DNA of 64,000 bases, taken from Takakia lepidozioides. Its lineage: Eukaryota; Plantae; Bryophyta. The number at the start of each line of letters is the position of its first letter. Position 1 is the first letter of the stretch. The position numbers and the translations under genes were made by a program. Below the pieces are notes generated by a model. The model ran no database searches and had not been told where the DNA came from. It saw only the letters and a list, made by a program, of their open reading frames with translations. Positions 27,038-40,545 of the stretch are shown piece by piece. The stretch is from positions 13,702,001 through 13,766,000 of the forward strand of contig CM060731.1 in the NCBI GenBank assembly GCA_030704615.1. The letters run 5' to 3'.

Positions 27038-28939
27038 TAAGAGTTGGGTGTCATGATCAAACATAGGAGACAATGAAGGAGGTTGTCTTCATGTCATTTT
27101 ATCTTAGGGAAGTCGCGTAAATATATTGGGGATGCTAGTGAGACTTGAATGGACGGTAAAAAACATTGCAAGTCGAGTAAACATCAAAAGTTTATGTACT
27201 CGAGGACCTAATACTGATTTTGTACACAAATGAGAAAAAAGTTATCAATGATTGCCCTTATGAGATGGTTAATATTCATTGCTCTTTGTTCTCTCTTTTT
27301 CCCGAAGTACTTAAAAATTCTAATGTAGTTATAATATTGTTTTAGTTTTCTCCTATAGCATGCTCATTACAAATTTAGAATCTCTATATTGTTGAGCTAT
27401 ATTAAGAATATTTATTATATGATTTTTCTCATAGATTGTGATACATCTAGTGAAGGTTTTGCCATCATTTTACAGTAATCTAACACGTCATAATAACATA
27501 TTCATTGATCTAGTTATTCACTGAGCCAATAGCTCACAAACGTGGAAGTGCGAGTTTAGAGGAATGATACTCTTTATGGAAAGAAATAGTGCAAATGGCC
27601 ATACTAGACAAGGATACAACCAGGATGCCAGTAGAAATGGGCAAGTGCATCATCTTCGGATCCACAACAAAGGCTGTCACCACAACTGCTTCCAACCAAG
27701 CACTCCACACCATACCGAAACTTCCCAGCATGAGGCACTTTTACCCAACACGACCGCACCAGCAAAATCTGGTGAGTTGATTGGACCACTATGTTCTCAC
27801 TCTTCCCATATTCCCTCATAAAGTTGTACCCACGTGCCCGCAGACTAGGCCCGTGCCGGATGATACTCAACGTAAAAAGTCGAGTTGCGACATCTTCATA
27901 CATTTCTAGTAACCAAGAGAGCGGACACCATGCCGTTCGTATTGAGTCCACATCCAACCAACACGTCCATCCATCATCATTCAATCTATATGTCATCCCC
28001 CTGCGACGTGACATTGACGTTCAGAAAGTATGGTAGATGAATGGTAACCATTACCGATTGATCGTATGAAAACTAACGTCTCATGAATGGAGCTTTCCCC
28101 AACTAAACGCCAGCTGGCTTGAATCTTGATGTTGGAACCTGTGGGGATGAAGTAAGAGCAAATTCAAGCAAATCTGTTTCCATCCCATCACTAAGATATA
28201 CGGTGAACTCGGCCTGCGCAGAATAACTCCTAGTACGTAGAGCTAATCCGCAGTAGTTTCCTCGCTCTCGTGTTGGTGAACAATGTTCAAAGAAGCTCCA
28301 GATCTGGGAGGGAAGGTTGCTGGGCTTTAATTGCTGTGGAAGCGTTCATGTGAATGTGATGACGGAAGGAGGAACAGATTTTATTGTGTGTCAAGTTGGA
28401 AGCATTCATCAAATTGTTCTTCCATCAGAGGTGAATATCATGAAGGCTAAGTTGGCTTTCGGAGACATAAGGGCTGTACCAACCATATAGTCAGATTATC
28501 CAAGGAAGGAAAAATGAATGAAAGCCCACTTTTGTGTTCTTCCTGGATGTAAAAAGGCTTGCTTGCAAGAGGATGAGATTTGAGTTGTGGGAATGGGTGT
28601 AACAATCTACCTTTAGTGGACAAGTGAGTCACACCATCATAATTGAGCCATATGTTATGCTATTTGTATTATAATAATGTATGCGAAAACATATGTCAAA
28701 ATCGTTCTTCCAAGTTCTAATGGTGGCATTAAGGGCACCACCGCAACTAGTTTTGATGGGTGCAGAATATCTCATGAAAATATTTACATCTACTTTTGCA
28801 GGTGCGTTAAGTTTCTGGGCGGGCTGCTGAAACTAAACTGCTTATAGGTAAGCTGTTTGTTGCGAAGTTGGTTGTTTATCTGAGAAACTTGGCGTTTTGG
28901 GACGAGGATGACCCCTATGAAATGGGGGGTGATCACTGC

Positions 28940-29330
28940 AACGTTTCCTTGAGTGGTTCCATATTACTACACAATCTACTTTCTAGGTCGAAGGAGATAT
29001 ATTCCGTGGGAGAGATTGAGAAGGTCTCATCAGAAAATGGAAGCGATTTGAAGCTGGTGGAGGAGGTACCAATGGATCATCTTGACACTTGTTAGCGGCA
29101 AAAGATTTGCATTTACTTTTGTAGATGCATTACACTTTGGGGTGGGCTGCGCACTCTTAATTGAGTGGTTCCATGTTACTATAAAATCTACTTTCTATGT
29201 AGAAAGATAAATCCGTGGGAGAGGATTCAGAAGGTCTCATCAGAAAATGGAAACAACAACTACGATTTGAAGTTAGTGGAGGAGGTACCAATGGATCATC
29301 TTGACACTTGTTAGCGGCAAAGGATTTGCA
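28940..29330 (+). repeat. Tandem duplication (about 210-220 bp) of a putative terminal exon fragment
   Basis: ttgagtggttccat...gaaggtctcatcagaaaatgg...gtggaggaggtaccaatggatcatcttgacacttgttagcggcaaa is present twice. Confidence 0.85.
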
Positions 29331-30739
29331 TCTATAGAAGAATCAATAAGTGGTAAAGCACGTCAACATTAATCCTTAGTTAAACTTTCATGGATACTTC
29401 ATCTTAGTTGATTTATAAGTTTATTTGGAAGCACACATCATTTTTTGAAATCTTATTGAGTACTTGAAAACACAACAATAGTTTTTGAGATGTAACTACC
29501 ACAAGCTTTGTCGAGGTACAATCATAAGAAGTTTTGAGTTGTTTCTATCTGCCATTATAGTAACCACCTAGTTTAAAATGTATGATAAAGTGGTCATCTT
29601 CTCTTTGTACGATGAAGCTATCAAGTTTTCGACTATGAAGGAAACATAGTCCCCATTACCCTGCGAGCAATCATTCTCAATGTTTATAATGGTAGCCAAT
29701 TCTTATTTCAAACAAGAATATTCGCGTAATATTTTTCTAGGATAAGCTGGTCATAATCCTGATCACAATTCTGCTAACATGTTATATGTTCTAAGCTGAT
29801 AGGAGGTTATCCATAATTCTCATATATGAGCATTAACATCGTTTGTGTTGGTGGTTGAAATAGATGATGGTAACATCCAATTGGTTGTAAGAAACCCACC
29901 AATGATGACTTTTTTTTTCAACTTATTTATACATTTTAGGCAACAAAGCCTTAAGATATTGCAGCTTCCTTCTGTAGTATCTTAGTAGTACGTGATGTCA
30001 TGGATAATACAGGTTTTCTAGTATCATTTTGCTGTCTTAAAAGCTTGAACCAGTGTGTCACCGAGTCAAAATGGTTGAACTTGCAAAATGAAGAGTGAAC
30101 GATTTTGTATATATTGTATATTTGGTGCACATTTTGTACGATTGCAATCTCCAATTTATGTTTGATCACTTACTAACCATGTACAAATGGTGGCTTTCTA
30201 TGTTGATTAGGTTCTTGGATTTTGCCAAGATGCAGGGAAGATTGGAAAGGGCTAAGCTAAAACCGGGGACATTCTTTAACATCGAGGTTATCCGCCCATT
30301 TTCTTTCTCTACAGTACTATTGATACTCTGTAGACAAAATCCATCCTTGTTCTTGTAAAAAAAATTAAAAATCCAGAATTCAAAAACTTGAGCAAAGGAG
30401 TTGCCCCTAAACTGAGATTTAGAGCGTGATTTTAGGTTGGGTTGGGGGAGCAAAGGGACCATCTAACTTCACACTACGCAAGTCATTTATAAAAGCCTAG
30501 ATAATTGTTTTATTTCTTTGACATGAGCAAAAATAGGCCCCATCTTCTTCACCGGTGGGGTTTTCTAGGATTTGAGCCAAATGCCTTGAAAATTTGTCAG
30601 GAGTGCAGAGAGTAATTGCACACATAATTTGTCCAAATTCATGTTTTCTCAAAAAATGCCAGTACTTTTATCAATTAGGGGTCATGTTTTTTCAAAAAGT
30701 CAAAATAAGGCATTAGGTGCTTTAGGGGTTAATGAGGTC

Positions 30740-31022
30740 GAGCGTTTGTTTTTTTGGCGAAATTTCGCCAAATGGCGACCTCAAAAAATAGAAAAGAGTA
30801 TTCTGTAGCAAATTCCATGTTTTTTCATGGATGAAATCGCCAAATTTCTCCAAAAATAAAATAAAATGATGAATTCGCCAAATATGGATGATATGAATGG
30901 ATGAAATTATGGATGTGGATGATTCTGTCCTAATTTGAATGGATGAACAGAATACATGCCTAATCTCTGCAAAACTCTGTAGCCACTCGTGCTATTTTCC
31001 GAATTTAAAAAAAAAACCTCTG
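30740..31022. mobile_element. hAT-type MITE with 8-bp TSD
   Basis: ATGAGGTC flanks both sides (30732-30739 and 31023-31030). Imperfect TIRs gagcgtttgttttt / aaaaaaacctctg. Internal GGCGAAATTTCGCC palindrome. Confidence 0.8.
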
Positions 31023-32680
31023 ATGAGGTCTGTCAGCAAGAAGAAGATCAAATGACCAACAATATTTAGGCCTGAGATTCATTAACCCTTTTTTAGTATA
31101 AAACTATGACACATAAGTTCCTCAAATCCAGAATCCTTGATAGCAAAAGCAATAACCGAACCATGCTTTGCTGGTCAATAAACTCGTGATTATATATATA
31201 TATATATATTCGTAGGTATGACATGAGTCATCTCTTCAATCAACATGATCCCATGAGTTCAAGGAAATCAGGTTCTAGGTCATGTACAACGTGATAAAAC
31301 CTGACTGTAGCTGATCATATTTTTTCCAGTTTGCAAAATTGTACTAGTGACCTCTCTTGAAAATTTTCAATAGTTTCCCTCAAAAAAGAGATATGGCAAA
31401 CTGAGGTCGAGAAGAAGATTGGAGTATAGAGTCTGGAGTCACATATTCAACGGCAGAAAGCAAATTGGGCCCACAATGCGTGACGGATTTTACCACTCTA
31501 TGGTTCAAACTGACATGAGTCATCAGATTTCACAATAAATGCAATAAACGATCCATTTCAAAAATACCAACTGTGTCTCATTAGAACCAAATTTCCTTTT
31601 TTCTTTCTCCATTTAACTTCTGAAAGAAATACTGAAAAGATATGGAGATACATGGCTGGAAAGATAAAGAAATACTGTCCCAGTGAATGGAACGAGCACA
31701 TCTTTAGTAGGTGTGCATTCCACCGGTGCGTAATGCCCTCCCTGGCTAATCAGGCTATTCCGCTTGGGGAGGAGCAGATATTAGCAAAAGAGAAATCTTT
31801 TGGAGTGCTTTATGTCGTTGGGTTCTTCGTTTGGCGGGAGATTTTATTCAAATATTGAACGTGGCCCCATCGTCTACGCACAGTCACCATCTTCACGTAT
31901 TCACGTCTCAGATTCACACGAAACACATCTAGCCGCAAAAAGGATGACCCGTGCAGAATGTATAAATTCAAATAGCGCGGAGTTTAGAGTCGGCCCGGCT
32001 AAACAACGGCTACCCGTTCTCGAGAACCCGGCGCGGGTTTGGAGTTGGCACCGGCGACGCGCGCCGGCCTACCTTCCACGCTGATAGTAAGGGGAATTAC
32101 CTCTGTGGGGATATTATCTTCTCGAAAACGTCGGACGGGTCCAAGACTCCAACTGCCACGGGACGAAGAGGGGACTCAGAGATCTAGGATTGAAAAGCTG
32201 TTTGCGATTGAGGGGGCTGCTTCGATTTGGAAGGTGGAAGCATGAGAGGTTGAGAGAGGCGAGCAATTGGGTGAGGAAAGAGCGTGATGGAAGGAGGGAT
32301 GGGTAGAGGTAGTATGGACGAGTAATGTTTAGAAGGAAGGGAGTAGTGAATCCGTGTGGTTGGATACAGAGGAAGAATGGATCCAGACATTACGCACGAC
32401 GATCGTGAGTCCTCTTAGAAATGGGTTGTAGTTTGGCACGCAGAGAGCGTTGATCCAGTCAAATAATCAGGAAATGTGATTGGGAAGGTTGAGTGAGATT
32501 TGAGCTCGTGGTAAGCGAATTGCTAGAAATGGAGGGCCTACTTATCCGTGAATCTTTGCGGTATAATCATGAAAACAATTGAAGGGGTTCTTGTCAGGGA
32601 GAGCTTCAAGTTCATGAGGAGGGAGGGTGTTGCATTCTAAAATCGGCCTCGACTGGACAGAGCATCAAGCAGCAGTCGAA

Positions 32681-35600
32681 ATGTTTTACTCACAGCTGAT
32701 ATTGGCGAAGAACGGGCCTCTGGGAACGATTTGGATTGCGGCACATTTGGAGCGCAAGCTGCGGAGAAACCAGGTCGCCCAAACTAACATCTGCGTTTCT
32801 GTTGGTGGGTACTCTTCCCGAATTCGTTTGCATTTATTGTTGGTTTCACTGCTGCATTTAGGGCACGAATGAAGCGAGGAACCATGGGCTTTTCCTCCCT
32901 AAGACAGATATGACAAGGACGACAAATTCAAGACATTCGTGAAAGGTCCACGCTCAAATTTCAAGGACATCAAGAATTTTTAGGGCGTATACCTTTGTTG
33001 GTCATTTAACTGCCAGATAATATAACCGGAAGTCGCGGAGACTGAATCGAAGCAAAAGCAAGTTAAACTGTTGGATTAGATTCAGGCTCTCGATGTACCA
33101 TGAAAGACGTGCACTCATTGATTGTCTCCTGGTACCTTTGGCTGTGATGTATCCTTAAGTGGATATAGCTCCTGGAGCTGGTTGTGAAGTTTTAGTCCCA
33201 CATTGATGCAGTCCACAGCTGGAGACAAATCAGTTACATGGTTATAGATTGACTCGCATTGACGTGAGAATTGCCTTAATAATGTTCCTGATGAGTTTGA
33301 CTTCTACATTTCGGGAATGGCAGACTCTATTTTGTTTCCGGAAGCACCTATAGCGCTGCGACTGTCAGGACATTTGTTGCTTGGAGTGGTCCGGATCTAT
33401 GCAAAGAAAGTGAACTATCTTTATAGCGACTGCAAGGGGGCACTGGGGAAGATCAAACAGACCTTTCATTCGGGGGTTGATCTTCCTCCAGAGGCGTCGA
33501 CTGCTCCCTTCCATGCCATCACTCTCCCCGAGGACTTCGATCTTAACGAGTTGGAGCGCCTTCCAGAGCACGAGAATTCATGGATTTTTGGGTGTGTTCC
33601 AGGCTCCCCACCCTGTCCTCGTGTGAATATGTAGCAGTTTGGCGGCCAGGTCTGGTGGATAGGGTGGGTGCAGTACAGGCGAGCTATTGTTGTAGTGACC
33701 TACTGGGTACATAGAAAACCCAGCTGGTGGTTGGTGGATAAATGCAGAAGAGACAGCGAGGATAGTATCAATGTAAAATAATTTGTTTCAATCTGTGCAG
33801 CATTGTCTGCGAGTCGCAATTTCCTAATTGTGAATGCAATTTCATGGTAATTCCTAATGTGTATCTGTTCTTCGGAGTAGTTGCTTCACAGCCACTGCTC
33901 TTCATTCGAAAGATCTCTTGCAAGGGACCAGGTCTTGAATATGTTTTGCAGATTCTTAGTATAAAGGTAAGCTTTAGATTGAATGCTAATGTACAAGTCT
34001 TTACAAGATTACAAATTTATTTCGAGCATGTTTGAAGGCTGCATGGAAGTGGTGCTGCTTTAGTCAACATCCGAGGTGACCATTTATGACTGACAGAAAA
34101 CTTGATCTCAATTTTCTGTGGCATTGATCCTTGGCAGACATGTAGAGCATCATGTTACAACTCGCGAGCAAATCACACTCCAAGATCCAATGGACGAAAA
34201 TTCTAACTATGGTTCCCATTTCAGTCTTGATGGTTATTTACTTTCCTTATCTGCCCTTGCAGTTTTCGTTTATTCAAGTCGCTCTGATGTGGAAAAAATG
34301 TCCAATCAATTGTGTACTCGTCATTTCTGTAACAATCCTCTGATACAAGCAGGTGAAATTTCGAGCCAATTCAAAACTGTGTGTAGACTTCCAAGTCTTT
34401 CCAAATCAGTCTTGGGGCTGTCTCAGCCCTGTCTCAGTCTTGAGATTAAGATAAATCTTGTTTGGCTTATGTGACATGCAGAAAGATTCCCGGACGCTGT
34501 GCCTTGCACTAGCGTAGATTTTGAGGAGGTGGGTGATCTTACTCACAACCTTCATTGAAATTGCTTTACACTGTTATATTGCAGTTAGTTCCAGATTTTT
34601 CACCACAGCAGTTTGTGATGCAGCCAAAGTTCACACCCTTCGACACTCTCCAGTCTCCATCCACTCTGCCATAATCATCTCTGGTGGATCAGCTACGATG
34701 TGGTCTGTTTGCAGCTCTTTCTATTTCTGTAGTTTGGAGGAATAAAGAAGCTGTGTGGAACAGAATAAGAGCCACCCAGTTCTTGAGTGAGAGTTTTGTT
34801 GATTTGGGTCTACTTCGAATACTGGCAGTCATCAAACTGGAGTCAGTTATGAAGCTCCAGATGGTTCTTTTTCTGTCAGTGCTTGCTGACGCTGGCCTGC
34901 TGACGTAGTGGATTGATAAGCTTGTAGTCCTGGCCCGTGAGGGCGTAGTGCATGGTAATTGTTCCAATTACAACTCTATTGGTAGATTTGCTCTTAAAAT
35001 CATTCTTATACCACTAGAGGTCTATTGCCACAAGGCTATGGCAAACAACGTGTTATGAGTACGTTCTTATACCACCTGTATATGGCACTACATTCAGAGT
35101 GTGGAGGTCTAAAACAGACACCGCTTGAGTGTGTTTTTGTATGTGCTGGATTGTGCAGGATTTCATTTCGGGAAAGTTTCATAGTCAAGGGCGAAGCCCT
35201 GGGGCACTTACTTTAGAAGAGTATGCACTTTTCTCTTCTCCATTAATATGTTGAGTTTACCTCGATAGATGCCTGACACATTTACTTTTGAGTTGCATCA
35301 ACAATTTCCCATGCTCTTTATTTTAGCGATGACTGAGAGGGTCACTGTGTTATAGAGCATCTCATTCACTCGTCCTGAGGAATTCGGAGTTTCTGGTTGG
35401 GTGGGCTGCAGTAAAACATTGGTATCTTTGTGGATACAAGTTGGAATATGACTGGGGCCTTTGGATGGGTGCAGTGTGCTGCCTGCAATGCTGGAAGACC
35501 AGACCACATACTATGACCGGGTGGATCAGATGGATGGTATGGAGATAGATGTCCATAATCAGGGACCTGTGACACCATTAGTTCCTCCTGACCTTATGGA

Positions 35601-38600
35601 TACAGACAAAGGAGAGTCTGAGCACAAGTCCAAACTGCCAGAAGATCCTGATCAACCTGAACCCATATCAGAAGTTCATCATCCAATTAAGCAGTCGATT
35701 GATACAGAAGAACTGGAGCCCATAATTGAAGTCACTGGTGTCCCGGCTCTTGAAGTCCCTGATGAGCTGGTTCTGGATATCGAAGGTCCTGCTAAATTGA
35801 AGCCCTTGCTGCCTACGGACTCTTTTGATTTTGAACAGGAAGTGATTCCAGAATATGAGAATCTGCGTTCTGCAGCAGGTCCACCAGCTGAGCAGGAGTC
35901 TGATGTATTTGGGCCTGACAAGGAAGTCAGGATGGCAGATGAGGGTATAACAGAGACTATTGAAACTAGGTAAAGTCTAGGCAATGGCATCCGTGTGCTA
36001 CATTAGTCACCTACAGAATAAGACGGGTCAGGTGCTGCTATCTGTGTCATTACCCTGCAATTGCTTTTATTACTTCCTTCATGAAATGTTAGGCTATGGT
36101 CAAGATTTGTCCACCCTTGCCAACATGAGCCTGACAGCAGTTGTAGATAGGTATTGCAACAGCATTTGCTTAGCTTATGCTCACTGAATGCTTGTATTGA
36201 GTCATCAATTGGTCTTCTATGTCTATAAGCCCAGGTCTATCCTGAAATTGGGAAGAGCTACTTCGAGGGTGATGCTGAACGATGAACAAAATTACTAATT
36301 TTCCAGTAGAAATGGGCTTTCAGATAAATCTCAAGAATGGCACAGCTAAGTGTCTTCCTGTAGTATGATCTTTAATCAACTGAACAATGTTGCAACAGAG
36401 TTGAAGCAGCAGATGCAGATCAGGTGATGGAGGAAGAGCAAATGGTGGATGGGAAGATGGGTGACATGATAGAGGAGGCTTTCAGCCCTCCTGTTGTCAC
36501 CACCCCCTCAAAGACTCCTAATATGGAAGAACTGCCCACTGCTGATGATATCTTGGCCACTTTGTTAGGTGCGTTTATCTCCTGGGCTTTTAGTGTTTCC
36601 TATTGGTGCATCAGATGTTGCATGAGATGTGTTGCTTATATTCTCTTGTTCTCTCTTATATGAAGGTTAAGTCTTACTACCAACGTCAGCCCCTGACAGA
36701 GGTAGGTTCTGTCCCTTTTGTTCCCGCTCAAACTGGGCGCGGGGTCAATGGCCACAAGGCTACGGCAAACAACGTCTTATGAGTACAATCTCTTGTTCTC
36801 TCTTCTGATGATAGTGCTCCCATTCTCATACAATTGATATGCACATAGACTTTTGTGGAGTTCCCTGGTCTCCCTGAATCAAGTTCTGCGTGAATGCAAC
36901 CTGCCCGTTCTTGCCTCTCTCAAGGAGCCCTCCTTTGAGATCCGTAAGTACCTTTGGGAAGACAGAATGTTTGACCTTACAGTGTGCAAGCGAGGTTGAG
37001 GTAGAGATATTTGGTACTTACTGGTTCTTCTCTGTAAGATTGCCTGTGGTGTATCTTCAGGGAATACTAACCCTGGAGGTATTGACTGGGTTTTGATTCA
37101 CCTACGGCATGAATTCAGCTCAAGTTGCCATTCTCCATACCTGAACACCAGCTTGGACGTACAAGGGCCCCTGCAGTTTGAGAGATGTAGAACATAACAG
37201 TGATGGTTGGTAATGGCAGGAGGGCCTGCTATAACATTTATGCCAACCCCAACTGAGGAGACACCTGCACAACAAAGAACAAAACGGGCACCCAAACCTG
37301 TGCCAAGGAAGAGGAAACCAGTTTTGGACATTGCTATGGTGTTGCATAGAGAGTGAGTCTCAACCCTTTTGAATTTGTTTCATGGTTTTTGGTGGCTGCA
37401 GAGAGTCTCTTGGAGTATGTCTACACCAGAACCTCCTTTGTGGCTCTATAGTGAATTCCCTTCTGATTCTCCTATCTGTTGTACCTGGATCCATGGTCAC
37501 AAATTGGCCTTAAAAGTGACCATGTGTAGTGGAAGGTCCTCCTAGTATGTTTCCTGGTCGTCGTGGTGCTACCAAGTAGTTCTGAAGACAAAATGGTGGC
37601 TCCAGGGTAATAAAAGAGCAGTTGGCCAACACAGATAACATCCGCCGCGTGCGCATAAAGCCACCACAGACCTGTCACGAGCTCTGGATGGTGCAGAAGT
37701 CTCAAGGTTACCAGATTTTCTGTGAGCCTTCAATCCCCGGTAAGTCCAGATCAGACCTTCTCCCCTGTGAATTGCCATCACTGCAATATATTTATAGACG
37801 CCTAAGAAATTTGCTTGCAGGCAAGCCTCACTATAAATTCTGCAAGAATGTGTCTAGTGCACTATGGTTTTGGTGCAAGTGTTCACAACTTGAGTCTCAT
37901 AGAATACTGTTTGCTTATCCTCCAGGCATATGCATTGAATTGCGGGAGCTGTATGGGCGAATGTTGGTTCATGGGGAGGCTCCCCTTCCCCCTGCTGAAG
38001 CTGTGCAGGAAACGACACCCAATAATGGAAGTTTTCTTCGAAGTCAGCAAATTGCTACCCTACAGGAGGAGCCTATAATGAAGGAACACCAAACAACAGA
38101 GCCTCAGTCGGAAGCTCGAGAGGCTGGAGATGAGGGAGCCCCCACGTCAAGTGTGATACCTGACGCAGGTTGGATTTGGTCCTCATCCTTTGCTGCACGA
38201 GCCATAGACAATGCATTGTGAGATCCCTCTGTGGTAGGTTATCTCACACACATACACACGCACAGAAATACCAGAAATCACCACTTAATCTCAAGTTCAA
38301 GTACAATAATGCCAATCATTGTACTATATTCCAGTTCAGAGGCACTGTGAGATTGGATGTCTTCGTGCATGCCAATTGACAATGGAGTTACCTGTTCACA
38401 AATGTAGTCACTTCTAGTAACACTGTTATAACTTATAACAGGTAGATGGGGACTGAGCAATGAAATTTTGGTTTGTCCATAAAGGGGGCAGATGAGTGCT
38501 GATCAAATAGACAGACCAAGAAAATCGATTTGTATGGTTCAAGTGATGCTAATGGGCATGCAGGTGCAATTCCTCTACAGCCTGAGGGTGAGATAGAAGT

Positions 38601-40545
38601 CCAACATTTGAAGAAAGTGCTGAACAAAGAGTCAACTACCGAGTTCGACAGGGAATTGCAAGCATGTGAGGAGCAGGAGGCTGGCGGGAGTGCTGAGGAG
38701 CTGGGCATCATATCAGAGAAAGGTGGGTGAAATTATCACAATGTATCTACCTGCTAATAGAAAAGATCCTTGTGCAGAATCCCAGTTGATCCTGCTGTGT
38801 TGCCAAGAAGCTTTTGCAGAGAAATCTTGCAAAGCAGAAAGTTTAAAGGTTTCTCTCTGTCACAGAAAGGTTAAGCACGAAGATGAAGCGGGGAGCCCCA
38901 GCGCTCTTAGTGGCTATTTCTCCACCATCAGCACCAATTAAACTAGACATATCAAAAGCAACAGAGGCAGAAGTTAAGAGAGGTGCAACAACAATTGCAG
39001 TTGAAGTGGCCTCAATGGGGGTACTGCCCTGGATGGATGAAAACGCACCTGAGTTACTGGTCCTTTCTCCAGGATCAGCGCCAATTGAGCAAGAGATACC
39101 AATAGAGGCAGAAACAGAAGTAGAGAGGGGTACGGCAACAATTGCAGATGTAGTGCCCTTGGTGGATGGAATGCCCCAGATGGGCAGAAATCCAACAGGA
39201 GGACCTGAGGTCCTGAGAGAAGTGGAGGGGGAGGATATGAAGGAGCCTGAAGTGGAGGAGAACATAGCTGTGGAAGCAGAGGCAGTGGGGGCAGTGGCGG
39301 TTGTGCCCGAAGAGGATGATGTAGTTGTGTTAGCTGAAGATAAGCAGCCAAAAAATCACGTAAGTTGCCCTCTGATCCAACACCAATATTTCTTAGTAAT
39401 GAGCTTTTGAAGTCAGGAGATGTAACTAAGGTATAGCTTTTTCTCTTGTTGTAATATCTGTATTGCAATTCTGTAAGAATTGGCTCTTCTAATTTCTTTG
39501 TGCTGTGATTGAACAGGCGCATGGTTTCCTAAGAGAGTCAGAGGATACAGGTTGTCACTTCCAGTGCGGTTTCCATTCAACTAGCTGTCTGTAGTCTACC
39601 TTACTCTCCTGTACTTGTCTCTTATTTAAGGCTTCTATTAGGCTTTTGTCCCATGCATGCAGTCAACCATAGGCAAATAATTAGATAAGATACTAGCCAG
39701 ATGGGAAAGTAATTATGCAGACTCTATTGGGCACTCAGCATGGCTCATTCTTTGTGAATGCCAGTGTTTCTTGCCCGAGATGATTATGACCTGCATGGGA
39801 AGGCAGAGGGGTATATGGGTGGCACTGCACATGAACCCAACGACTCCACATTACAAGCGCAATTCAATGGCTGGTCATGGCGCACCAGGTCCGTTACCCT
39901 GTTTTCCGTCAAAAAAAATTTGCTTGGCTTGGTGGCAAGAGGTGAGAGGAAGGGGCCCCAGGGTAGGTCTTGGAGAAGGCTGAAGGTTTATGTCGCAGGT
40001 GGTCCACTCATTTGGTTCGAGAAAAATCAGAGTGGGAAATCCGGCCTGTCGTTCAGAAGCGATTGATTATTATCCGTAAATTGTATTTTCCATGTTTCAA
40101 TCAGAGAGGCTATGTACATTTCCCAGATCCTTGCAGCTACTGAAAGAGGAATTGCATCGAATGCAGGGCTGTAGCGCAATACCTGCTGAAGATCTTCGAG
40201 ACCATGGAGCCGACAGATAGAGACGGTAGACCAAGCAAGTTCGGATTGGACCATTCACTGAGGGGGATGTCGAGAAAGGCAGCTGCACGCATGTTCTTTG
40301 AGACTCTGGTATTTGTCTCCTTGCCCTTGTGTCAAACTGCAATCGATGGCTCCCACTCGACCTATGCTGCACACTTTGTCAGATTATGTCAACCCTTAAA
40401 AGTGTAACTATGTTGGGCACAGGTGTTGAAGAAAAAGAATTACATTCATGTGGAGCAAGAGCAGCCATACCAAGAAATCTATCTAACTGCCACGCCCACG
40501 TTGAAGTCTTGTCTACATGGTGCCGGTGGAGCTAAGTATGCTTGA
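32681..40545 (+). CDS. RAD21: Sister chromatid cohesion kleisin RAD21/SCC1 (SYN-like), multi-exon
   Basis: N-terminal domain MFYSQLILAKNGPLGTIWIAAHLERKL / PIALRLSGHLLLGVVRIYAKKVNYL. C-terminal winged helix GWSWRTRAVAQYL...RKAAARMFFETLVLKKKNYIHVEQEQPYQEI. GT-AG exons: 32681-32804, 33324-33591, 34138-34232, 34482-34528, ~35474-35969, 36399-36568, 37220-37352, 37606-37739, 37926-38168, ~38510-38721, 38867-39359, 39517-39550, 39765-39888, 40167-40308, 40423-40545. Two internal junctions are unresolved. Confidence 0.95.
36658..36788. mobile_element. Short intronic retroposed insertion (SINE or 5'-truncated LINE) with 16-bp TSD
   Basis: TCTCTTGTTCTCTCTT at 36642-36657 and 36789-36804 flanks 131 bp. 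A related segment (gccacaaggcta.ggcaaacaacgt.ttatgagtac) lies at about 35026-35062. Confidence 0.7.

Noticed and set aside
24300-28440. Short ORFs at 24349-24949 and 27534-28036 as genes
   Set aside because: No recognisable motifs and many stops; probably decayed fragments.
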